A DNA stretch of 64,000 nt from Candidatus Omnitrophota bacterium (GTDB lineage Bacteria; Omnitrophota; Gorgyraeia; Tantalellales; Tantalellaceae): assembly GCA_028715965.1 (NCBI GenBank), contig JAQUQS010000001.1:97332-161331 (forward strand), read 5' to 3'. Both the position numbers and the translations under genes were made by a program. Of this stretch, positions 20,760-32,968 are shown one piece after another. Position 1 is the stretch's first letter. Each line of letters begins with the position of its first letter. Under the pieces are notes generated by a model, which saw only the letters and a program-made list of their open reading frames with translations, was not told the origin of the DNA and ran no database searches.

Positions 20760-21401
20760 TCATTTTCCCTTAAGCGCCTCTATGGCCATCTTATAATCTG
20801 ACTTCCCGAACACCGCCGTACCGGCCACCAGGACATCAACACCCGCGTCCACAGCCTGCCTAGCGGTATCGACGTTTATCCCACCATCTACCTGGATATA
20901 CCCGTCGAAACATCCCCTTATCTCCTTCACCTTGTCGAGCATTTCCGGCATGAACGCCTGCCCGCCGAAACCCGGTTCGACCGTCATGACCAGCACCAGA
21001 TCAAGTTCGGGAAGCAGACCCTTAACCCTGGATATATCGGTCCCCGGTTTTACGGATATACCGGCTTTTTTTCCTTTCTGCCTTATTTTCCCGATAATGC
21101 CGGCCGGATCGTCCACAGCCTCGGCGTGGAACGTTATAAGATCACTCCCGGCATCAGCGAAGTCTCCCACATATTTTCCCGGATCATTGATCATGAGATG
21201 CACATCGAAAAAGAGCTTGGAAACAGGGCGGATGGATCGCACGACCAGCGGCCCTATCGTTATGTTCGGGACAAAAGCCCCATCCATTACGTCAATATGT
21301 ACCCAGTCAGCGCCGGCCGCCTCGATGTCCTTTATCTCCCGGCCTAACCTGGAAAAATCGGCCGACAATATGCTTGGCGCTACCATTACGCTTTTTTTCA
21401 T
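20760..21401 (-). CDS. rpe: Ribulose-phosphate 3-epimerase.
   Basis: The 213-aa ORF has PSILSADFSRLG, HIDVMDGAFVPN and the Rpe TIM-barrel signatures. Confidence 0.9.
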   Translation of the reverse strand: MKKSVMVAPSILSADFSRLGREIKDIEAAGADWVHIDVMDGAFVPNITIGPLVVRSIRPVSKLFFDVHLMINDPGKYVGDFADAGSDLITFHAEAVDDPAGIIGKIRQKGKKAGISVKPGTDISRVKGLLPELDLVLVMTVEPGFGGQAFMPEMLDKVKEIRGCFDGYIQVDGGINVDTARQAVDAGVDVLVAGTAVFGKSDYKMAIEALKGK

Positions 21402-21416
21402 GATATTACCGCTCCT

Positions 21417-22688
21417 TTACAGACCATTTACCCCTCTTTTCATCACCCTTCTTTCCTTTTCCTGGACATTCCCGACCACAGCCAGCCTTACGGCACGACG
21501 GTCGAATACGTGGCGTGACGCCCGCAAGACATCCTCTTCCGTCACGTGGTCTATATTGGCCAGGACTTCCTTGACCTGCGGCACCTCCCCGTGGACCATC
21601 AAACGATCTCCCAGCCATAGCATCCTCGAGGATGTGGCCTCCATCGCGAGCTCGAACTGTCCTTTTGTATATCGTTTGGCCCTTTCAAGCTCATCCGGGG
21701 TTATCCCGAGATCCTTCATTTTCTTTATTTCCCCTGTAATGGCGTCAAGGGCCCGGGAAGCTTTTCTCGTATCGACCCCGGCATGTATCTGTAACTCTCC
21801 TACATCGCTATGCCGTTTGTACGAAGAGGATATATCGTAACAAAGACCGTTCTTTTCCCTTAATTCCTCGAAAAGCCGGGAAGACATGTTCCCCCCTAAA
21901 ATAACGTTCAAGATCTTTATCGCGAACCTTTCCCTCATATCCTTCGCGGTAGCGTAAAACCCCATGGCAATATGGACCTGCTGCGCGTCATCCGCGGAGA
22001 ATCTGACCACAGGTCCGGTAGAACGGACAACAGGCCTCTTGACCTTTTTCCTGTCCTTCTTTTTCATGGCACTGAACCCGGAAGGCATATATTTCCGTAT
22101 GACGCCCATATCGACATCTCCGGTAGCCACGATCGCGATATTGGCGGGATGGTAGTTCCCTTTCTTGAACGCCCAAAGCTTGTCCAGGTCTATGCTCTTA
22201 ACGGTGGCTATCGTACCCGTAAGCGGTCTTCCCAGAGGATTGTCCGGCCACATTATCCCGTTCAAAAGATCCAGTACATGTTCAGACGGCTGGTCCCGGT
22301 ACATTTTTATCTCTTCGCAAACGACGAATTTTTCCTTGGCAAGATCCCCGCCGTCAAACTTTGGGTCAAGCACCATGTCCGACAATATTTCCATTCCCAG
22401 TCCCGTATACCTCGAAGGCACTTTCACCATGTAACATGTGACCTCATCAGACGTGAACCCGTTGAAGGAACCTCCGACACCTTCGACTGATTCCTTAAGT
22501 GCCTTCGCGTCACGCGTATTGGTACCCTTGAAAAGCATATGCTCTATAAGATGGCTTATTCCACTGACCTCCGCCGGCTCATATCTCCCCCCAACACCTA
22601 TCCATATACCAAGCGATACCGACGACATATGGCGCATAGGGGAAACCATCATCGTCAGCCCGTTATCTGTCCTTTTTTTCTCGAACAT
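21417..22688 (-). CDS. M16 family zinc peptidase (insulinase/pitrilysin-like).
   Basis: The 423-aa ORF has the inverted zinc motif HxxEH in GISHLIEHMLFKGT, placed N-terminally as in the M16 active domain. Confidence 0.85.
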   Translation of the reverse strand: MFEKKRTDNGLTMMVSPMRHMSSVSLGIWIGVGGRYEPAEVSGISHLIEHMLFKGTNTRDAKALKESVEGVGGSFNGFTSDEVTCYMVKVPSRYTGLGMEILSDMVLDPKFDGGDLAKEKFVVCEEIKMYRDQPSEHVLDLLNGIMWPDNPLGRPLTGTIATVKSIDLDKLWAFKKGNYHPANIAIVATGDVDMGVIRKYMPSGFSAMKKKDRKKVKRPVVRSTGPVVRFSADDAQQVHIAMGFYATAKDMRERFAIKILNVILGGNMSSRLFEELREKNGLCYDISSSYKRHSDVGELQIHAGVDTRKASRALDAITGEIKKMKDLGITPDELERAKRYTKGQFELAMEATSSRMLWLGDRLMVHGEVPQVKEVLANIDHVTEEDVLRASRHVFDRRAVRLAVVGNVQEKERRVMKRGVNGL

Positions 22689-22711
22689 GCATCTCCCGTC
22701 CGTGTTCCGAC

Positions 22712-23125
22712 CTATTTCTCCATGCTATCAAGATATTCCTGCAATATCAGCTGTGCGGCTATTTTATCGACCACTTTCTTCCTCTTCCTGCGTGATACGT
22801 CCGCGGATATCAGCACGCTTTCCGCGCCCCGCGTGGTAAGCCGTTCGTCCCATAGCACCACATTAAGTCCTGTGGCTTCTTTTATCTTCTCGGCCAGGAC
22901 CTCGCTATCCCTGCCACGCTCTCCGACGGTCCCGTTCATATTGATAGGAAAACCCACCACTATTTCCTTTACACCATATTCATCCGCGAGTTCCTTTATC
23001 CTGGAAACAGCGTCACGATCGGTCCTCCTCTCCACTACACCCCTACCCTGGGCTATGGTCCCGCTCTCGTCAGATACGGCCACTCCTATATGCTTCATGC
23101 CTATATCAAGCCCCATCACTCTCAT
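22712..23125 (-). CDS. ruvX: Putative pre-16S rRNA nuclease / Holliday-junction resolvase-like protein YqgF (RuvX).
   Basis: The 137-aa ORF begins MGLDIGMKHIGVAVSD and has the RNase H-like YqgF fold signatures. Confidence 0.85.
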   Translation of the reverse strand: MRVMGLDIGMKHIGVAVSDESGTIAQGRGVVERRTDRDAVSRIKELADEYGVKEIVVGFPINMNGTVGERGRDSEVLAEKIKEATGLNVVLWDERLTTRGAESVLISADVSRRKRKKVVDKIAAQLILQEYLDSMEK

Positions 23126-23134
23126 GCTCAGGCC

Positions 23135-23971
23135 TCACCCCTTTGCCGCGTGCACAGCGTCCGCCATATCCCGGACGAACTTCCTCACCGTTCGCAGCAT
23201 CCTTTCCCTGTTCCCAAGGTTCTTTTCGATGATCTTGATCACCGCGCTACCCACTATGACTCCGTCAGATACCGACGCTATATCGCGCGCCTGGGCCGGA
23301 GTGGATATCCCGAACCCCACGCACACAGGCACATTGGATATCTTCCTGAGTTTTTCTACCCTGCTCTTAAGCCCGTGGGCCAATCCTGTCCTTTCGCCCG
23401 TAACACCGGTGAGAGAGACATAATACAGGAACCCTCCGGACATGTTCGATATCTCGCGGGTTCTCTTCATGGAGGTTGTGGGGGCGGCCAACATTATCAG
23501 GCAAACATTGTTCCTCCTGCACGCTTTTTCAAGTAGCCCGGCTTCCTCCATGGGAAGGTCCGGGACTATTATCCCGTCAGCGCCGGAAGAAGCAGCGGCA
23601 CGCGCGAACCTCTCAACACCGTACGTAAAGATTATGTTGTAATAGGTCATGAACGCTATCGGCACATCAATGCTCTTCCTTGTCCTTTTCACGAGATCAA
23701 GTACCTTTTTTACCGTACATCCTGCCGTAAGGGATCTATGGATAGCACGTTGTATCGTAGGTCCGTCCGCCATGGGATCCGAGAACGGTATACCTAACTC
23801 GACCATATCCGCCCCGGACCCGGCCAGTCCCCTGACAAGCTTCTCCGTGGTCCCCAGGTCCGGGTCCCCGGCGGTAATATAAGTAATCAGGGCTTTACGC
23901 CCGGCCAGTCTTTCGAACATGGATACTATCCTGTTCGAACTTAGTGATCTTTTTACGTTTTTTCCAGTCAT
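23135..23971 (-). CDS. trpA: Tryptophan synthase alpha chain.
   Basis: Motifs [11 protein letters not shown] and [22 protein letters not shown] are present. The start was chosen at the ATG that forms an ATGA overlap with the trpB stop. The ORF track extends to 24022, and an alternative start at MFERLA (23920) is possible. Confidence 0.9.
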   Translation of the reverse strand: MTGKNVKRSLSSNRIVSMFERLAGRKALITYITAGDPDLGTTEKLVRGLAGSGADMVELGIPFSDPMADGPTIQRAIHRSLTAGCTVKKVLDLVKRTRKSIDVPIAFMTYYNIIFTYGVERFARAAASSGADGIIVPDLPMEEAGLLEKACRRNNVCLIMLAAPTTSMKRTREISNMSGGFLYYVSLTGVTGERTGLAHGLKSRVEKLRKISNVPVCVGFGISTPAQARDIASVSDGVIVGSAVIKIIEKNLGNRERMLRTVRKFVRDMADAVHAAKG

Positions 23972-25158
23972 AAGTATTCCTTGATTATGTTCATATCCTT
24001 GTCCCCTCGACCGGAAAGACACAATACTATGATGTCTTTCTTCTTCGCCCTCTTTACCAGTTCGGGAAGATAAGCTACAGCGTGCGCCGACTCAAGTGCC
24101 GGCATTATGCCTTCACAGACGGCAAGGGTCTTCACTCCGCAAAGCGCCTCTTTATCCGTTATTGACACATATTCCGCCCGACCGGAATCCTTATAGAAAG
24201 AATGTTCCGGGCCAACGCCGGGATAATCAAGTCCGGCCGACACCGAATGCGCCAGTTGTATCTGGCCATCACTGTCTTCCAGGAGATAACTTTTGCTCCC
24301 ATGCAGCACTCCAGGGCGGCCTTTTTTGAGCGCTGCCGCGTGCTTACCGGTCGACAGTCCCGCCCCCGCCGCTTCGACCCCTATGAACTTCACGGCCTTA
24401 TCGCCGTAGAACTCATGGAAAAGCCCCATTGAGTTACTGCCTCCGCCCACACAGGCCACCAGGTACGAAGGCAGCCTGCCTTCGATCTTAATGATCTGTT
24501 TTTTTGTCTCTCTGCCTATTATGGACTGGAAATCCCGTACCATCATAGGATAAGGATGCGGGCCAGCCACTGATCCGATCACATAATGCGTATCCCCTAC
24601 GTTGGTCACCCAATCCCTTATAGCCTCGTTCATCGCGTCCTTAAGGGTACATGAGCCGCTATCGACAGGGATGACCTCGGCTCCCAGGAGATTCATCCTG
24701 GACACGTTGAGGCTCTGCCTTTCTATGTCTTCCGTGCCCATATACACCGCGCATTTCATGCCGAAAAGCGCGGCAACGGTAGCCGTAGCCACACCATGTT
24801 GTCCGGCTCCGGTCTCGGCTATCAGCCTCCTCTTGCCCATCTCTTTCGCCAGGATTGCCTGCCCCACGGTATTATTTATCTTATGCGCGCCGGTGTGCAG
24901 CAAGTCCTCCCTCTTGAGATATATCCTGGCACCGCCCAGAGTACGCGTAAGGCTTTCGGCATAATACAACGGCGTAGGCCTCCCCACATATTCCCTGAGA
25001 TAATACCTTAGTTCTTTCCGGAAAGGCGCGGACATGCATATTTTCCTGTAAGCTCTTTCCAGTTCTTCCACGGCCGGCATAAGTGTTTCGGGTACGAACC
25101 TCCCCCCGAACTCGCCGAAATATCCCTTTTTATCCGGTAGGTCCTGTTTTTTTCGCAT
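23968..25158 (-). CDS. trpB: Tryptophan synthase beta chain (TrpB1 type).
   Basis: The 396-aa ORF has [15 protein letters not shown], the PLP-Lys motif [13 protein letters not shown], and GGGSN. Confidence 0.95.
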   Translation of the reverse strand: MRKKQDLPDKKGYFGEFGGRFVPETLMPAVEELERAYRKICMSAPFRKELRYYLREYVGRPTPLYYAESLTRTLGGARIYLKREDLLHTGAHKINNTVGQAILAKEMGKRRLIAETGAGQHGVATATVAALFGMKCAVYMGTEDIERQSLNVSRMNLLGAEVIPVDSGSCTLKDAMNEAIRDWVTNVGDTHYVIGSVAGPHPYPMMVRDFQSIIGRETKKQIIKIEGRLPSYLVACVGGGSNSMGLFHEFYGDKAVKFIGVEAAGAGLSTGKHAAALKKGRPGVLHGSKSYLLEDSDGQIQLAHSVSAGLDYPGVGPEHSFYKDSGRAEYVSITDKEALCGVKTLAVCEGIMPALESAHAVAYLPELVKRAKKKDIIVLCLSGRGDKDMNIIKEYL

Positions 25159-25813
25159 TTTTTATGAACTCCCTCAATAATACTTTATCTTTTATCGCGG
25201 TCAGTTTTTCCACCCCGCTGGAAACATCAACTCCGAACGGTGACAGCTCAAGTACCGCACGCGCAACGTTATCGGGATCAAGTCCTCCCGCCAGGAAGAA
25301 AGGCTTATTTATATCCCGTATCCTTTTTCTGAGCACATCCCAGTTAAAGACCTTACCGGTGCCTCCATGGAAATCCTTGTCATAGGTGTCGAACACAAAA
25401 TAATCCACGCAAAGGTAGTCCCGACAACTTTTACCCCCGGGATGAATTATCCCATCGGTACCGACCTTAAGCACCTTGAGCAGTTTTACCCCGCGCGCGC
25501 CTTTCCCCAAAAGAACGTTCTCCAGCCTTTCACAGTACTCCGGGCTCTCATCGCCATGCAATTGTACATGGTCAATGCCACAGCGCACTACCATGTCGCT
25601 AACCTCGTCCACCGGGCTATCCATGAAGAGGCCGGTAAATCCGCTGGTGTACCCATTCTTCCGCGCGGCCTCAAGTATCTCTATTGCCCGGCTCTCAGGA
25701 ACGGCCCGTGGTGTCCCCTTTATGAATATGAGCCCAATAAGGTCCGCACCTAGCCTGAACGAGTCCAGCGCGTCCTCCGCTCGTGTTATACCACATATCT
25801 TGACTTTCGTCAT
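25130..25813 (-). CDS. trpF: Phosphoribosylanthranilate isomerase.
   Basis: The 227-aa ORF begins [15 protein letters not shown], has ..VQLHGDE.., and the TIM barrel of the PRAI family. Confidence 0.9.
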   Translation of the reverse strand: MTKVKICGITRAEDALDSFRLGADLIGLIFIKGTPRAVPESRAIEILEAARKNGYTSGFTGLFMDSPVDEVSDMVVRCGIDHVQLHGDESPEYCERLENVLLGKGARGVKLLKVLKVGTDGIIHPGGKSCRDYLCVDYFVFDTYDKDFHGGTGKVFNWDVLRKRIRDINKPFFLAGGLDPDNVARAVLELSPFGVDVSSGVEKLTAIKDKVLLREFIKNAKKTGPTG

Positions 25814-25832
25814 GTGATCGGGCTCTTTTCTT

Positions 25833-27191
25833 CTATCCGGCTACGCACGGGATATCTTTCTGCGCGAGCTGTATTTTCTCATCCGGCAGCTCGAAATCTT
25901 CCAGTTGCCCGGAAAGATACGCGTTATAGGACGCCAGGTCAAAGTGTCCATGTCCGCTGAACATCATCACGATACACTCTTCCCTTCCTTCCTCCTTACA
26001 CCTGATAGCCTCGTCGATAGCCGATCTTATAGCGTGTGAGGTCTCAGGAGCGGGAATGATCCCTTCAGCCCTGGCGAACATGACCGCCGCGTCGAAAACA
26101 CTGTTCTGGTGGTAGGCCTTGGCCTCCACTACCTTCTGGTCGACAAGAAGGCTTACAAGAGGCGCCATGCCATGGTACCTGAGCCCTCCGGCGTGTATCC
26201 CCGGCGGGACGAAACCGTGTCCCAGCGTATGCATCATGAGAAGCGGCGTCATTTTCGCCGTATCCCCGAAATCATATCTATACGGCGCCCTTGTCAAGGT
26301 GGGGCATGCCGTGGGTTCGGTCGCTATTATCTTTATATCCGCGCCGTCAAGCTTATCCTTGACGAACGGGAACGCGAACCCCGCGAAGTTGCTTCCGCCC
26401 CCGCAACACCCGATCAATACGTCAGGGCTTTCACCCGCGATAGCCAGCTGTTTCTTCACTTCCTGCCCCACTATCGTCTGATGCAACAGCACGTGGTTAA
26501 GCACACTGCCAAGTGAATATTTAACGTCATCTTCTTTTACCGCGGCCTCTATGGCCTCAGAGATGGCCATGCCCAGACTGCCAGTCGTATCAGGGAACTC
26601 GGCGAGTATCTTCCTGCCGGTTTCGGTCCTTTCGCTGGGGGACGGATACACTTTGCCGTTCCATACATGCATAAGGAACTTCCTGTAAGGTTTTTGGTCA
26701 TAACTGACCCGGACCATGTATACCTCACATTCGAGCCCGAACAGGTTACACGCGAACGAAAGAGCGCTTCCCCATTGCCCCGCGCCCGTTTCCGTGGTTA
26801 TTTTCCTCACGCCCGCCTGCTTGTTGTAATATGCCTGCGCGACCGCCGTGTTCGGCTTATGGCTGCCGGGAGGAGAAACACTCTCGTCCTTATAATATAT
26901 CCTTGCCGGCGTACCCAGCATCTTCTCCAGTCTCCTTGCCCTTCTAAGCGGCGTAGGCCTCCACAACCGGTAAATATCCATGAGCTCATCCGGTATCTCG
27001 ATGTATTTCTCCATCGATATTTCCTGGTCGATGATGTTCCTGGGAAATATCGGCAACAGGTCATCAGGGCTTATCGGCTTACCCGTCGCCGGGTTGATCG
27101 GCGGCTTTAACGGCTGTGGCAGGTCCGGTTGTATGTTATACCACCTAGTGGGAAGCTCTTTTTCACTGAGAAGTATCTTATAATCATCCAT
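25833..27191 (-). CDS. TrpB2-type tryptophan synthase beta-like protein, the long indole-salvaging paralog.
   Basis: The 452-aa ORF has a TrpB2-specific N-terminal extension (..[16 protein letters not shown]..). The PLP-Lys is in [10 protein letters not shown]. The GGGSN motif and its length are longer than TrpB1. Confidence 0.85.
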   Translation of the reverse strand: MDDYKILLSEKELPTRWYNIQPDLPQPLKPPINPATGKPISPDDLLPIFPRNIIDQEISMEKYIEIPDELMDIYRLWRPTPLRRARRLEKMLGTPARIYYKDESVSPPGSHKPNTAVAQAYYNKQAGVRKITTETGAGQWGSALSFACNLFGLECEVYMVRVSYDQKPYRKFLMHVWNGKVYPSPSERTETGRKILAEFPDTTGSLGMAISEAIEAAVKEDDVKYSLGSVLNHVLLHQTIVGQEVKKQLAIAGESPDVLIGCCGGGSNFAGFAFPFVKDKLDGADIKIIATEPTACPTLTRAPYRYDFGDTAKMTPLLMMHTLGHGFVPPGIHAGGLRYHGMAPLVSLLVDQKVVEAKAYHQNSVFDAAVMFARAEGIIPAPETSHAIRSAIDEAIRCKEEGREECIVMMFSGHGHFDLASYNAYLSGQLEDFELPDEKIQLAQKDIPCVAG

Positions 27192-27213
27192 TAGTGTACC
27201 TCCATAATTTTGA

Positions 27214-27999
27214 TCATTCTCTCATCAACTCCCTGACCTTATCCCCTATATTATCGGACGCCATGAACGTCTCGCCGATAAGTACGGCATTCACACCCAG
27301 GCTTTTGAGGAACATAACGTCCTCATAGGTCCGTATGCCGCTTTCCGATACTATTATCTTGTTTTCCGGGACATGTCTCATGAGCCTCTGTGTTACCGAT
27401 ATATCGACCTCAAAATCCTTGAGGTCCCTGTTATTTATGCCGATGATCAACGCGTGGCTGGCCACGGCTTTCTCGATATCCTCCTCATTGTGGGCCTCCA
27501 CCAGGACATCCATGCCCATCTCTTTCGCGAGGCTCAGATACCTCGCCAGTTCCTCCTGGGTAAGTATCTGGGCGATCAGGAGTATCGCGTCCGCCCCGGC
27601 CACGGCCGATTCATATATCTGGTATTCGTCTATGATGAACTCTTTCCTGAGAACAGGGATAGTGACGTTCCTCTTTACCTCGTTTATGTACTCCAATTTC
27701 CCGTCAAAGAACCTTTCGTCGGTAAGCACGCTTATGGCGCTAGCCCCTGACGCCTGGTAAGTAAGCGCTATCTTGAGCGGGTTGAAATCCGCCCTTATGA
27801 CCCCTTTTGAAGGCGACCTTTTCTTTATCTCCGCGATCAGGTTGATATGCCCTTTCCGCGATATGTTCTTCTTGAACTGGCTGCTTATATACAGGTTCTC
27901 GGCCTCTTTCCTGATCTGGCTGAGGGATATTTTCTTCTGGGCCCTGTCTATCTCGCGTTTCTTTTCCTCTATTATTTTCGAAAGTATCATTTTCTCCAC
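27214..27999 (-). CDS. trpC: Indole-3-glycerol phosphate synthase.
   Basis: The 261-aa ORF has IIEEKKREI.., [21 protein letters not shown], and the IGPS TIM barrel. Confidence 0.9.
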   Translation of the reverse strand: MEKMILSKIIEEKKREIDRAQKKISLSQIRKEAENLYISSQFKKNISRKGHINLIAEIKKRSPSKGVIRADFNPLKIALTYQASGASAISVLTDERFFDGKLEYINEVKRNVTIPVLRKEFIIDEYQIYESAVAGADAILLIAQILTQEELARYLSLAKEMGMDVLVEAHNEEDIEKAVASHALIIGINNRDLKDFEVDISVTQRLMRHVPENKIIVSESGIRTYEDVMFLKSLGVNAVLIGETFMASDNIGDKVRELMRE

Positions 28000-28012
28000 T
28001 CCTGGGATAATA

Positions 28013-29050
28013 TCATTTTGTTCCTGCGGAGGTCATCTTTGCCATCACCGCAAGTTTTTCCAATGCGCGCCCGGAATCTATGCATGTCCCGGCCATTTTG
28101 ACGCCTTCCTTGAGGTCGTGCACTTTACCCGCGGCCATAAGCGCCAGGCTCGCGTTCATAAGGACAATATCCCTGTGTGGGCCCTTTTTCCCGGACAATA
28201 CGGCCTTGACCATACGGGCGTTAGCCCTGGCCGACCCGCCTTTTATGGCCTCTATTGGGGCCTTACGCAACCCGAACGCTCCCGGGTTCAGGTAATAGGA
28301 CCTTATCCTGCCGCCTTTGAGCTCGCTCACCAGGGACAATCCCGATATGGACAGTTCGTCCAGATGGCCACTACCATGGACCACATACGCCCTTTTGCTC
28401 CCCAGGCGCTTCAACACGCCTGCCATTAGCTCGGTAAGGTTCTTGGTGCATACACCCATCACCTGGCAATCCGCCTGTGCGGGATTGCATAACGGCCCGA
28501 GCAGGTTGAATATGGTACGTATGCCTATCTCCTTGCGCGGAGCGACCGCGTATTTCATCGCGCCATGGTAAAGCGGGGCGAACATAAAACATATCCCGAT
28601 CTCCTTCAGGCATTTTTCCGAGACCTTGAGAGGCACATCTATACCGACTCCCAGCTTTTCCAACACGTCCGCGCTTCCACACCTGCCGGACGCCGCCCTG
28701 TTCCCGTGTTTAGCTACCTTTACGCCGCATCCCGCCACCACGAACGCCGCGGTCGTGGAAATATTGAAAGTGTTCTTGCCCGTCCCACCCGTACCACAAG
28801 TGTCGATGACCGGCTCATTGCCGCTTCCCGCGTTGATCTTCAGGGACCTCTGGCGCATCACACGCGCCGCACCCGTTATCTCGTCAACGGTCTCGCCTTT
28901 GATCCTGAGAGCCGTTATAAAAGACGCTATCTGTGCCGGAGTGGCTTTACCTGTCATGATGTGATCGAATACGGCGAAAGTCTCCTTCTCGTCCAGATCG
29001 GTGCGAGTCACCACTTTTTCTATCATCTTACTCATATCCATGCGGTTCAT
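28013..29050 (-). CDS. trpD: Anthranilate phosphoribosyltransferase.
   Basis: The 345-aa ORF has [28 protein letters not shown], the glycosyl transferase family 3 motif. Confidence 0.9.
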   Translation of the reverse strand: MNRMDMSKMIEKVVTRTDLDEKETFAVFDHIMTGKATPAQIASFITALRIKGETVDEITGAARVMRQRSLKINAGSGNEPVIDTCGTGGTGKNTFNISTTAAFVVAGCGVKVAKHGNRAASGRCGSADVLEKLGVGIDVPLKVSEKCLKEIGICFMFAPLYHGAMKYAVAPRKEIGIRTIFNLLGPLCNPAQADCQVMGVCTKNLTELMAGVLKRLGSKRAYVVHGSGHLDELSISGLSLVSELKGGRIRSYYLNPGAFGLRKAPIEAIKGGSARANARMVKAVLSGKKGPHRDIVLMNASLALMAAGKVHDLKEGVKMAGTCIDSGRALEKLAVMAKMTSAGTK

Positions 29051-29610
29051 GCCTCCAGAAAATTACCCAACAGTTTTTTTCCTTCGAACGTCAATATGGA
29101 CTCGGGGTGGAATTGCACTCCCCAGACAGCCATTTCCTTATGGGCCAGGCCCATTATCTCCTTGTCCTCGGTCCATGCGGTCACCTCCAGCGGGTCCTTC
29201 ACTGTGGAAGGTTCCGCCAGGAGGGAATGATATCTGGTCGCCTCGAACGGGGAAGGAATACCCTTGAATATACCTTTACCGTCATGGTATATGAGGCTGG
29301 TTTTCCCATGCATTATGTTGTCGCCCCTCTCAACCTTAGCGCCATAGACCTCGGCTATGCACTGGTGCCCCAGGCAGACCCCCAGTATGGGCACTTTACC
29401 CTGCATCATCCTGATCACATCTTCGGAGATCCCGGCATCGGCAGGGCGTCCGGGTCCGGGTGATATAATGATCTTCTCCGGGGCCATATCGGCCACCTCT
29501 TCCAACGTTATCTGGTCGTTGCGATACACCACCAGATCAGCCCCCATTTCCCCGAGATACTGCACGAGGTTATATGTGAACGAATCATAATTATCGATGA
29601 CCAATATCAT
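29047..29610 (-). CDS. trpG: Anthranilate synthase component II (glutamine amidotransferase).
   Basis: The 187-aa ORF begins [19 protein letters not shown], with GVCLGHQ (catalytic Cys) and the class I GATase His/Glu. Confidence 0.9.
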   Translation of the reverse strand: MILVIDNYDSFTYNLVQYLGEMGADLVVYRNDQITLEEVADMAPEKIIISPGPGRPADAGISEDVIRMMQGKVPILGVCLGHQCIAEVYGAKVERGDNIMHGKTSLIYHDGKGIFKGIPSPFEATRYHSLLAEPSTVKDPLEVTAWTEDKEIMGLAHKEMAVWGVQFHPESILTFEGKKLLGNFLEA

Positions 29611-31091
29611 TCCAGCCCCTCTTCCGCGAAATCTATTGCCTTCATCATGGCCATGGCCTTGTTCACCGTTTCCTTGAACTCGTTGACAGGGTCGGAATCC
29701 AGCACAATACCGGCGCCAGCCTGGATATTGGCCTCATCCCCATCCATTATGATGGTCCTTATGGTGATACACATATCGATATTGCCCGAGAAACTTATGT
29801 AACCAATGCATCCCGCGTAAAGACCACGTCTCAGGTTCTCCAGCTCGTCTATTAACTCCATGGCCCTTACCTTGGGCGCGCCGCTCACGGTACCGGCCGG
29901 AAAGGTCGCGCGGATAAGATCGTAAACGTCCTTATCCTTGCCGAGCTTTCCGACGATGTCACTTACAATATGCATCACGTGGGAATACCTCTCGATATGC
30001 ATGAGCTGCAGCGTCTTGACCGAGGAATACTCACATACCCTGCCTATGTCATTACGCCCGAGATCCACCAGCATCACGTGTTCGGCCCTTTCCTTGGGAT
30101 CGGCCAACAGCTCTTTTTCCAGCTCAATATCCTTTTCTTCGCTCTCCCCCCGCTTACGTGTACCCGCTATGGGCCTTATTTCCACGTTCCCGTCCTCACA
30201 GCGCACCAGTATCTCCGGGGATGAACCCACGATACGCTGGTCCCCGAACTTAAGGTAGTACATGTATGGTGACGGGTTTATGGACCTTAACGCCCTGTAG
30301 ACCGAGAAGGGATCCGCGCCGGTCCTGCGCCTGAACCTCTGTGATAGCACTATCTGTATTATCTCACCGGCACGTATATATTCTTTGGCTTTCTCCACGG
30401 CATCGCCGAACGCGCTTTCCGTGAAATTCGACTCGACCTTGTTCGCGGTCATGCCCGTCGAGACCTTCGGTTCGGTGACCGGCAGCCTCATCTTTTCCAC
30501 TATCGCCCCGATCTTCTCTACAGCCGCGTCATAGGCGCCCGAAGCGTCCCCGTCAAGTATCGCGTTGGACACTATCTTGATCTTATGATCGACATGATCG
30601 AAAATAAGAATGGTATCCGTAAGCACGAGCTGCATGTCCGGCATGTCCAGCTCTTCCGGGTTGTTGTCGGGGACCTCCTCCACAAAACGTACCATATCGT
30701 ACCCGATATACCCGACGAGCCCCCCGCAGAACCGGGGAAGCCCCTTCACGGGCACAAAACGGAAATCCTTCATTATCGACCTGACCTCGTCTATTGGGTC
30801 GGTAGAGGTCTTGTATGATTCCACTTCCGGGCCGCGCCTCACCTTCATGTCCGCGCCTTTGCTCTCGATGACCAGGGACGGGTCACTGCCCAGAAATGAA
30901 TATCGCCCGACATGCTTGCCGCCTTCTACCGATTCAAGAAGGTACGAGAACGGGCCTTTGTCTATCTTGAGGAAAGCCGAGAGCGGCGTGTCAAAATCCG
31001 CCAGCATCTCCCTGTAGACCGGAATAACGTTCCCCTTTCCCGCCAGTTTGAGAAATTCCTTTTTACTCGGATAATACTCTGCTCTACTCAT
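29607..31091 (-). CDS. trpE: Anthranilate synthase component I.
   Basis: The 494-aa ORF has the chorismate-binding domain (..GAGIV..) and an N-terminal regulatory domain. ATGA-type overlaps link it to trpG. Confidence 0.95.
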   Translation of the reverse strand: MSRAEYYPSKKEFLKLAGKGNVIPVYREMLADFDTPLSAFLKIDKGPFSYLLESVEGGKHVGRYSFLGSDPSLVIESKGADMKVRRGPEVESYKTSTDPIDEVRSIMKDFRFVPVKGLPRFCGGLVGYIGYDMVRFVEEVPDNNPEELDMPDMQLVLTDTILIFDHVDHKIKIVSNAILDGDASGAYDAAVEKIGAIVEKMRLPVTEPKVSTGMTANKVESNFTESAFGDAVEKAKEYIRAGEIIQIVLSQRFRRRTGADPFSVYRALRSINPSPYMYYLKFGDQRIVGSSPEILVRCEDGNVEIRPIAGTRKRGESEEKDIELEKELLADPKERAEHVMLVDLGRNDIGRVCEYSSVKTLQLMHIERYSHVMHIVSDIVGKLGKDKDVYDLIRATFPAGTVSGAPKVRAMELIDELENLRRGLYAGCIGYISFSGNIDMCITIRTIIMDGDEANIQAGAGIVLDSDPVNEFKETVNKAMAMMKAIDFAEEGLE

Positions 31092-31106
31092 CTCATCTGT
31101 CCCGTT

Positions 31107-31520
31107 CTATTTACCGTATACTTCCTTGGGATCGAACACGCGCTCTTCCGATACCGTTCTCGTCCCGTCGCTCCGGACCTTCTCGAAATAACAGGTGAAA
31201 TATCCTTTGTGGCACGCCGCCCTGTGCTGGTCAACCTTGAACAGGAGCGAATTGTTCGCGCAGTCGACAAAGACTTCCCGTACGTCCTGTTCGCACCCGG
31301 ACGTTTCCCCTTTTATCATTACCCTGCCCTTGGACCGGCGATATACATGTATCTTCCCTACCTCAAGAGTACGCTCCAGCGCCTCCCTGTCCATATAACA
31401 GAGCGTCAACACCTTTCCCGTGTCCGCGTCCTGTATTATCGCCGGTATAAGACCTTTTTCGTCAAAGTTCAATTGTTCCGATAACCCCATCACATTCTCC
31501 TTAAAATCTAACGTTAACAC
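31107..31520 (-). CDS. hisI: Phosphoribosyl-AMP cyclohydrolase (monofunctional HisI, no fused HisE).
   Basis: The 137-aa ORF has [31 protein letters not shown] and the Cys-rich metal site (..CHKGYFTC..). Confidence 0.85.
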   Translation of the reverse strand: MLTLDFKENVMGLSEQLNFDEKGLIPAIIQDADTGKVLTLCYMDREALERTLEVGKIHVYRRSKGRVMIKGETSGCEQDVREVFVDCANNSLLFKVDQHRAACHKGYFTCYFEKVRSDGTRTVSEERVFDPKEVYGK

Positions 31521-32259
31521 CTTTTCCCTTTAAGTAGTTCTTCACTTCAGCTATGGCGAATTCCTTGAAGTGGAATACCGAAGCGGCAAGGGCCGCGTCC
31601 GCCGCGCCGTCCGTAAGAGCTTCCCTGAAATGGTCAAGCGTACCGCATCCGCCGGAAGCTATCACGGGTATATTGACCGCTTCGCTTATGGCCTTCGTAA
31701 GCGGCACATCATATCCGTCCTTGGTCCCGTCCGAGTCCATGCTTGTAAGGAGTATCTCGCCGGCACCCAGGCTTTCGGCCTTCTTTGCCCACTCAACGGC
31801 GTCTATCCCCGTAGCCTCGCGCCCTCCCCTTACATACACTTCCCATCCACCGCCGGTCTTTCTTTTTGCGTCAATGGCCAGGACTATGCACTGCGAGCCG
31901 AACTTATCGCTGGCCTGCCTGATCAGGCCCGGGTCCTCTACCGCGGCCGTATTGATCGAGACCTTGTCGCATCCGGCGTTGAGAAGTTCCCTTATATCCT
32001 CGTTGGAGGATATGCCTCCCCCGACGGTGAACGGTATGAAGACCTCTTCCGCCACGCGCCTGACCACATCGACCATTGTCTTGCGCTTTTCGTGGCTGGC
32101 GGTGATGTCGAGGAACACCAGTTCGTCCGCGCCCTCCTCATTGTATATCTTGGCATTCTCGACCGGGTCGCCCGCGTCCCTGAGATCGACGAAATTGATC
32201 CCTTTGACCACACGTCCGTCCTTGACGTCAAGACAGGGTATTATCCTCTTTGCCAACAT
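31501..32259 (-). CDS. hisF: Imidazole glycerol phosphate synthase cyclase subunit.
   Basis: The 252-aa ORF begins [20 protein letters not shown] and has the HisF barrel. Confidence 0.95.
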   Translation of the reverse strand: MLAKRIIPCLDVKDGRVVKGINFVDLRDAGDPVENAKIYNEEGADELVFLDITASHEKRKTMVDVVRRVAEEVFIPFTVGGGISSNEDIRELLNAGCDKVSINTAAVEDPGLIRQASDKFGSQCIVLAIDAKRKTGGGWEVYVRGGREATGIDAVEWAKKAESLGAGEILLTSMDSDGTKDGYDVPLTKAISEAVNIPVIASGGCGTLDHFREALTDGAADAALAASVFHFKEFAIAEVKNYLKGKGVNVRF

Positions 32260-32968
32260 TTATGGCCTCCTTAAGGTCTATTGTTCCTTCATAAAGGGCC
32301 CGGCCGATCACCACCCCGGACAGGCCTTTCTTCTCGAGGGCCTTCAGCTGCTTAATATGCCCTATATCCTTTACGCCCCCGGCGGATATGATCTTCAGCC
32401 CAGAGCGGTCCAGCAAGGAAGCGAGACTATCTATGTCCGGGCCGGAAAGCATGCCATCGCTCTTTATGTCCGTGTATATTATTTCGGTCACGCCGATATC
32501 CTTGAACCATGTGAGGATATCCATGACATCTTCTTTTGATTCTTTTTCCCAGCCGCTACTGCTGGGCCTGCCTGCCCTGACATCCAGGCTGAATATCACT
32601 CTGTTGCCGAACTCCTTTACGCACTCTTCGGCGAAAACACGGTCCTCGAGCGCTTTTGACCCGATTATCACCCGGCCCACGCCCACCTCCAGGGCGAACT
32701 CAATGTCGTCCTTCGTCCTGTATCCGCCGCCCGTCTGGACGAAGACATCCGTTCCCAGAGTGATGGAACGTACCATGCGGGCATTGACCGGCCATCCCAT
32801 TCTCGCGCCGTCCAGGTCTATGAGATGGAGCGTTTCCGCCCCTTTTTCCACCCACGTACGCGCGGCCTCCATAGGTGATATGGCATAATCCAGCTGGTGC
32901 CCATAATCGCCCTGGACAAGCCGTACGGTCTTTCCCGCTATAAGATCTATCGCCGGTATTATCTTCAT
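32228..32968 (-). CDS. hisA: ProFAR isomerase (HisA).
   Basis: The 246-aa ORF begins [22 protein letters not shown] and has the HisA barrel. Confidence 0.9.
   Translation of the reverse strand: MKIIPAIDLIAGKTVRLVQGDYGHQLDYAISPMEAARTWVEKGAETLHLIDLDGARMGWPVNARMVRSITLGTDVFVQTGGGYRTKDDIEFALEVGVGRVIIGSKALEDRVFAEECVKEFGNRVIFSLDVRAGRPSSSGWEKESKEDVMDILTWFKDIGVTEIIYTDIKSDGMLSGPDIDSLASLLDRSGLKIISAGGVKDIGHIKQLKALEKKGLSGVVIGRALYEGTIDLKEAINVGKEDNTLS

Noticed and set aside
21406-21618. 70-aa Gly/Arg-rich minus-strand ORF
   Set aside because: It overlaps the M16 peptidase gene out of frame and has a low-complexity composition. It is most likely spurious.
31553-32539. 328-aa and 234-aa plus-strand ORFs
   Set aside because: They are antisense to hisF and hisA, which have clear family signatures.
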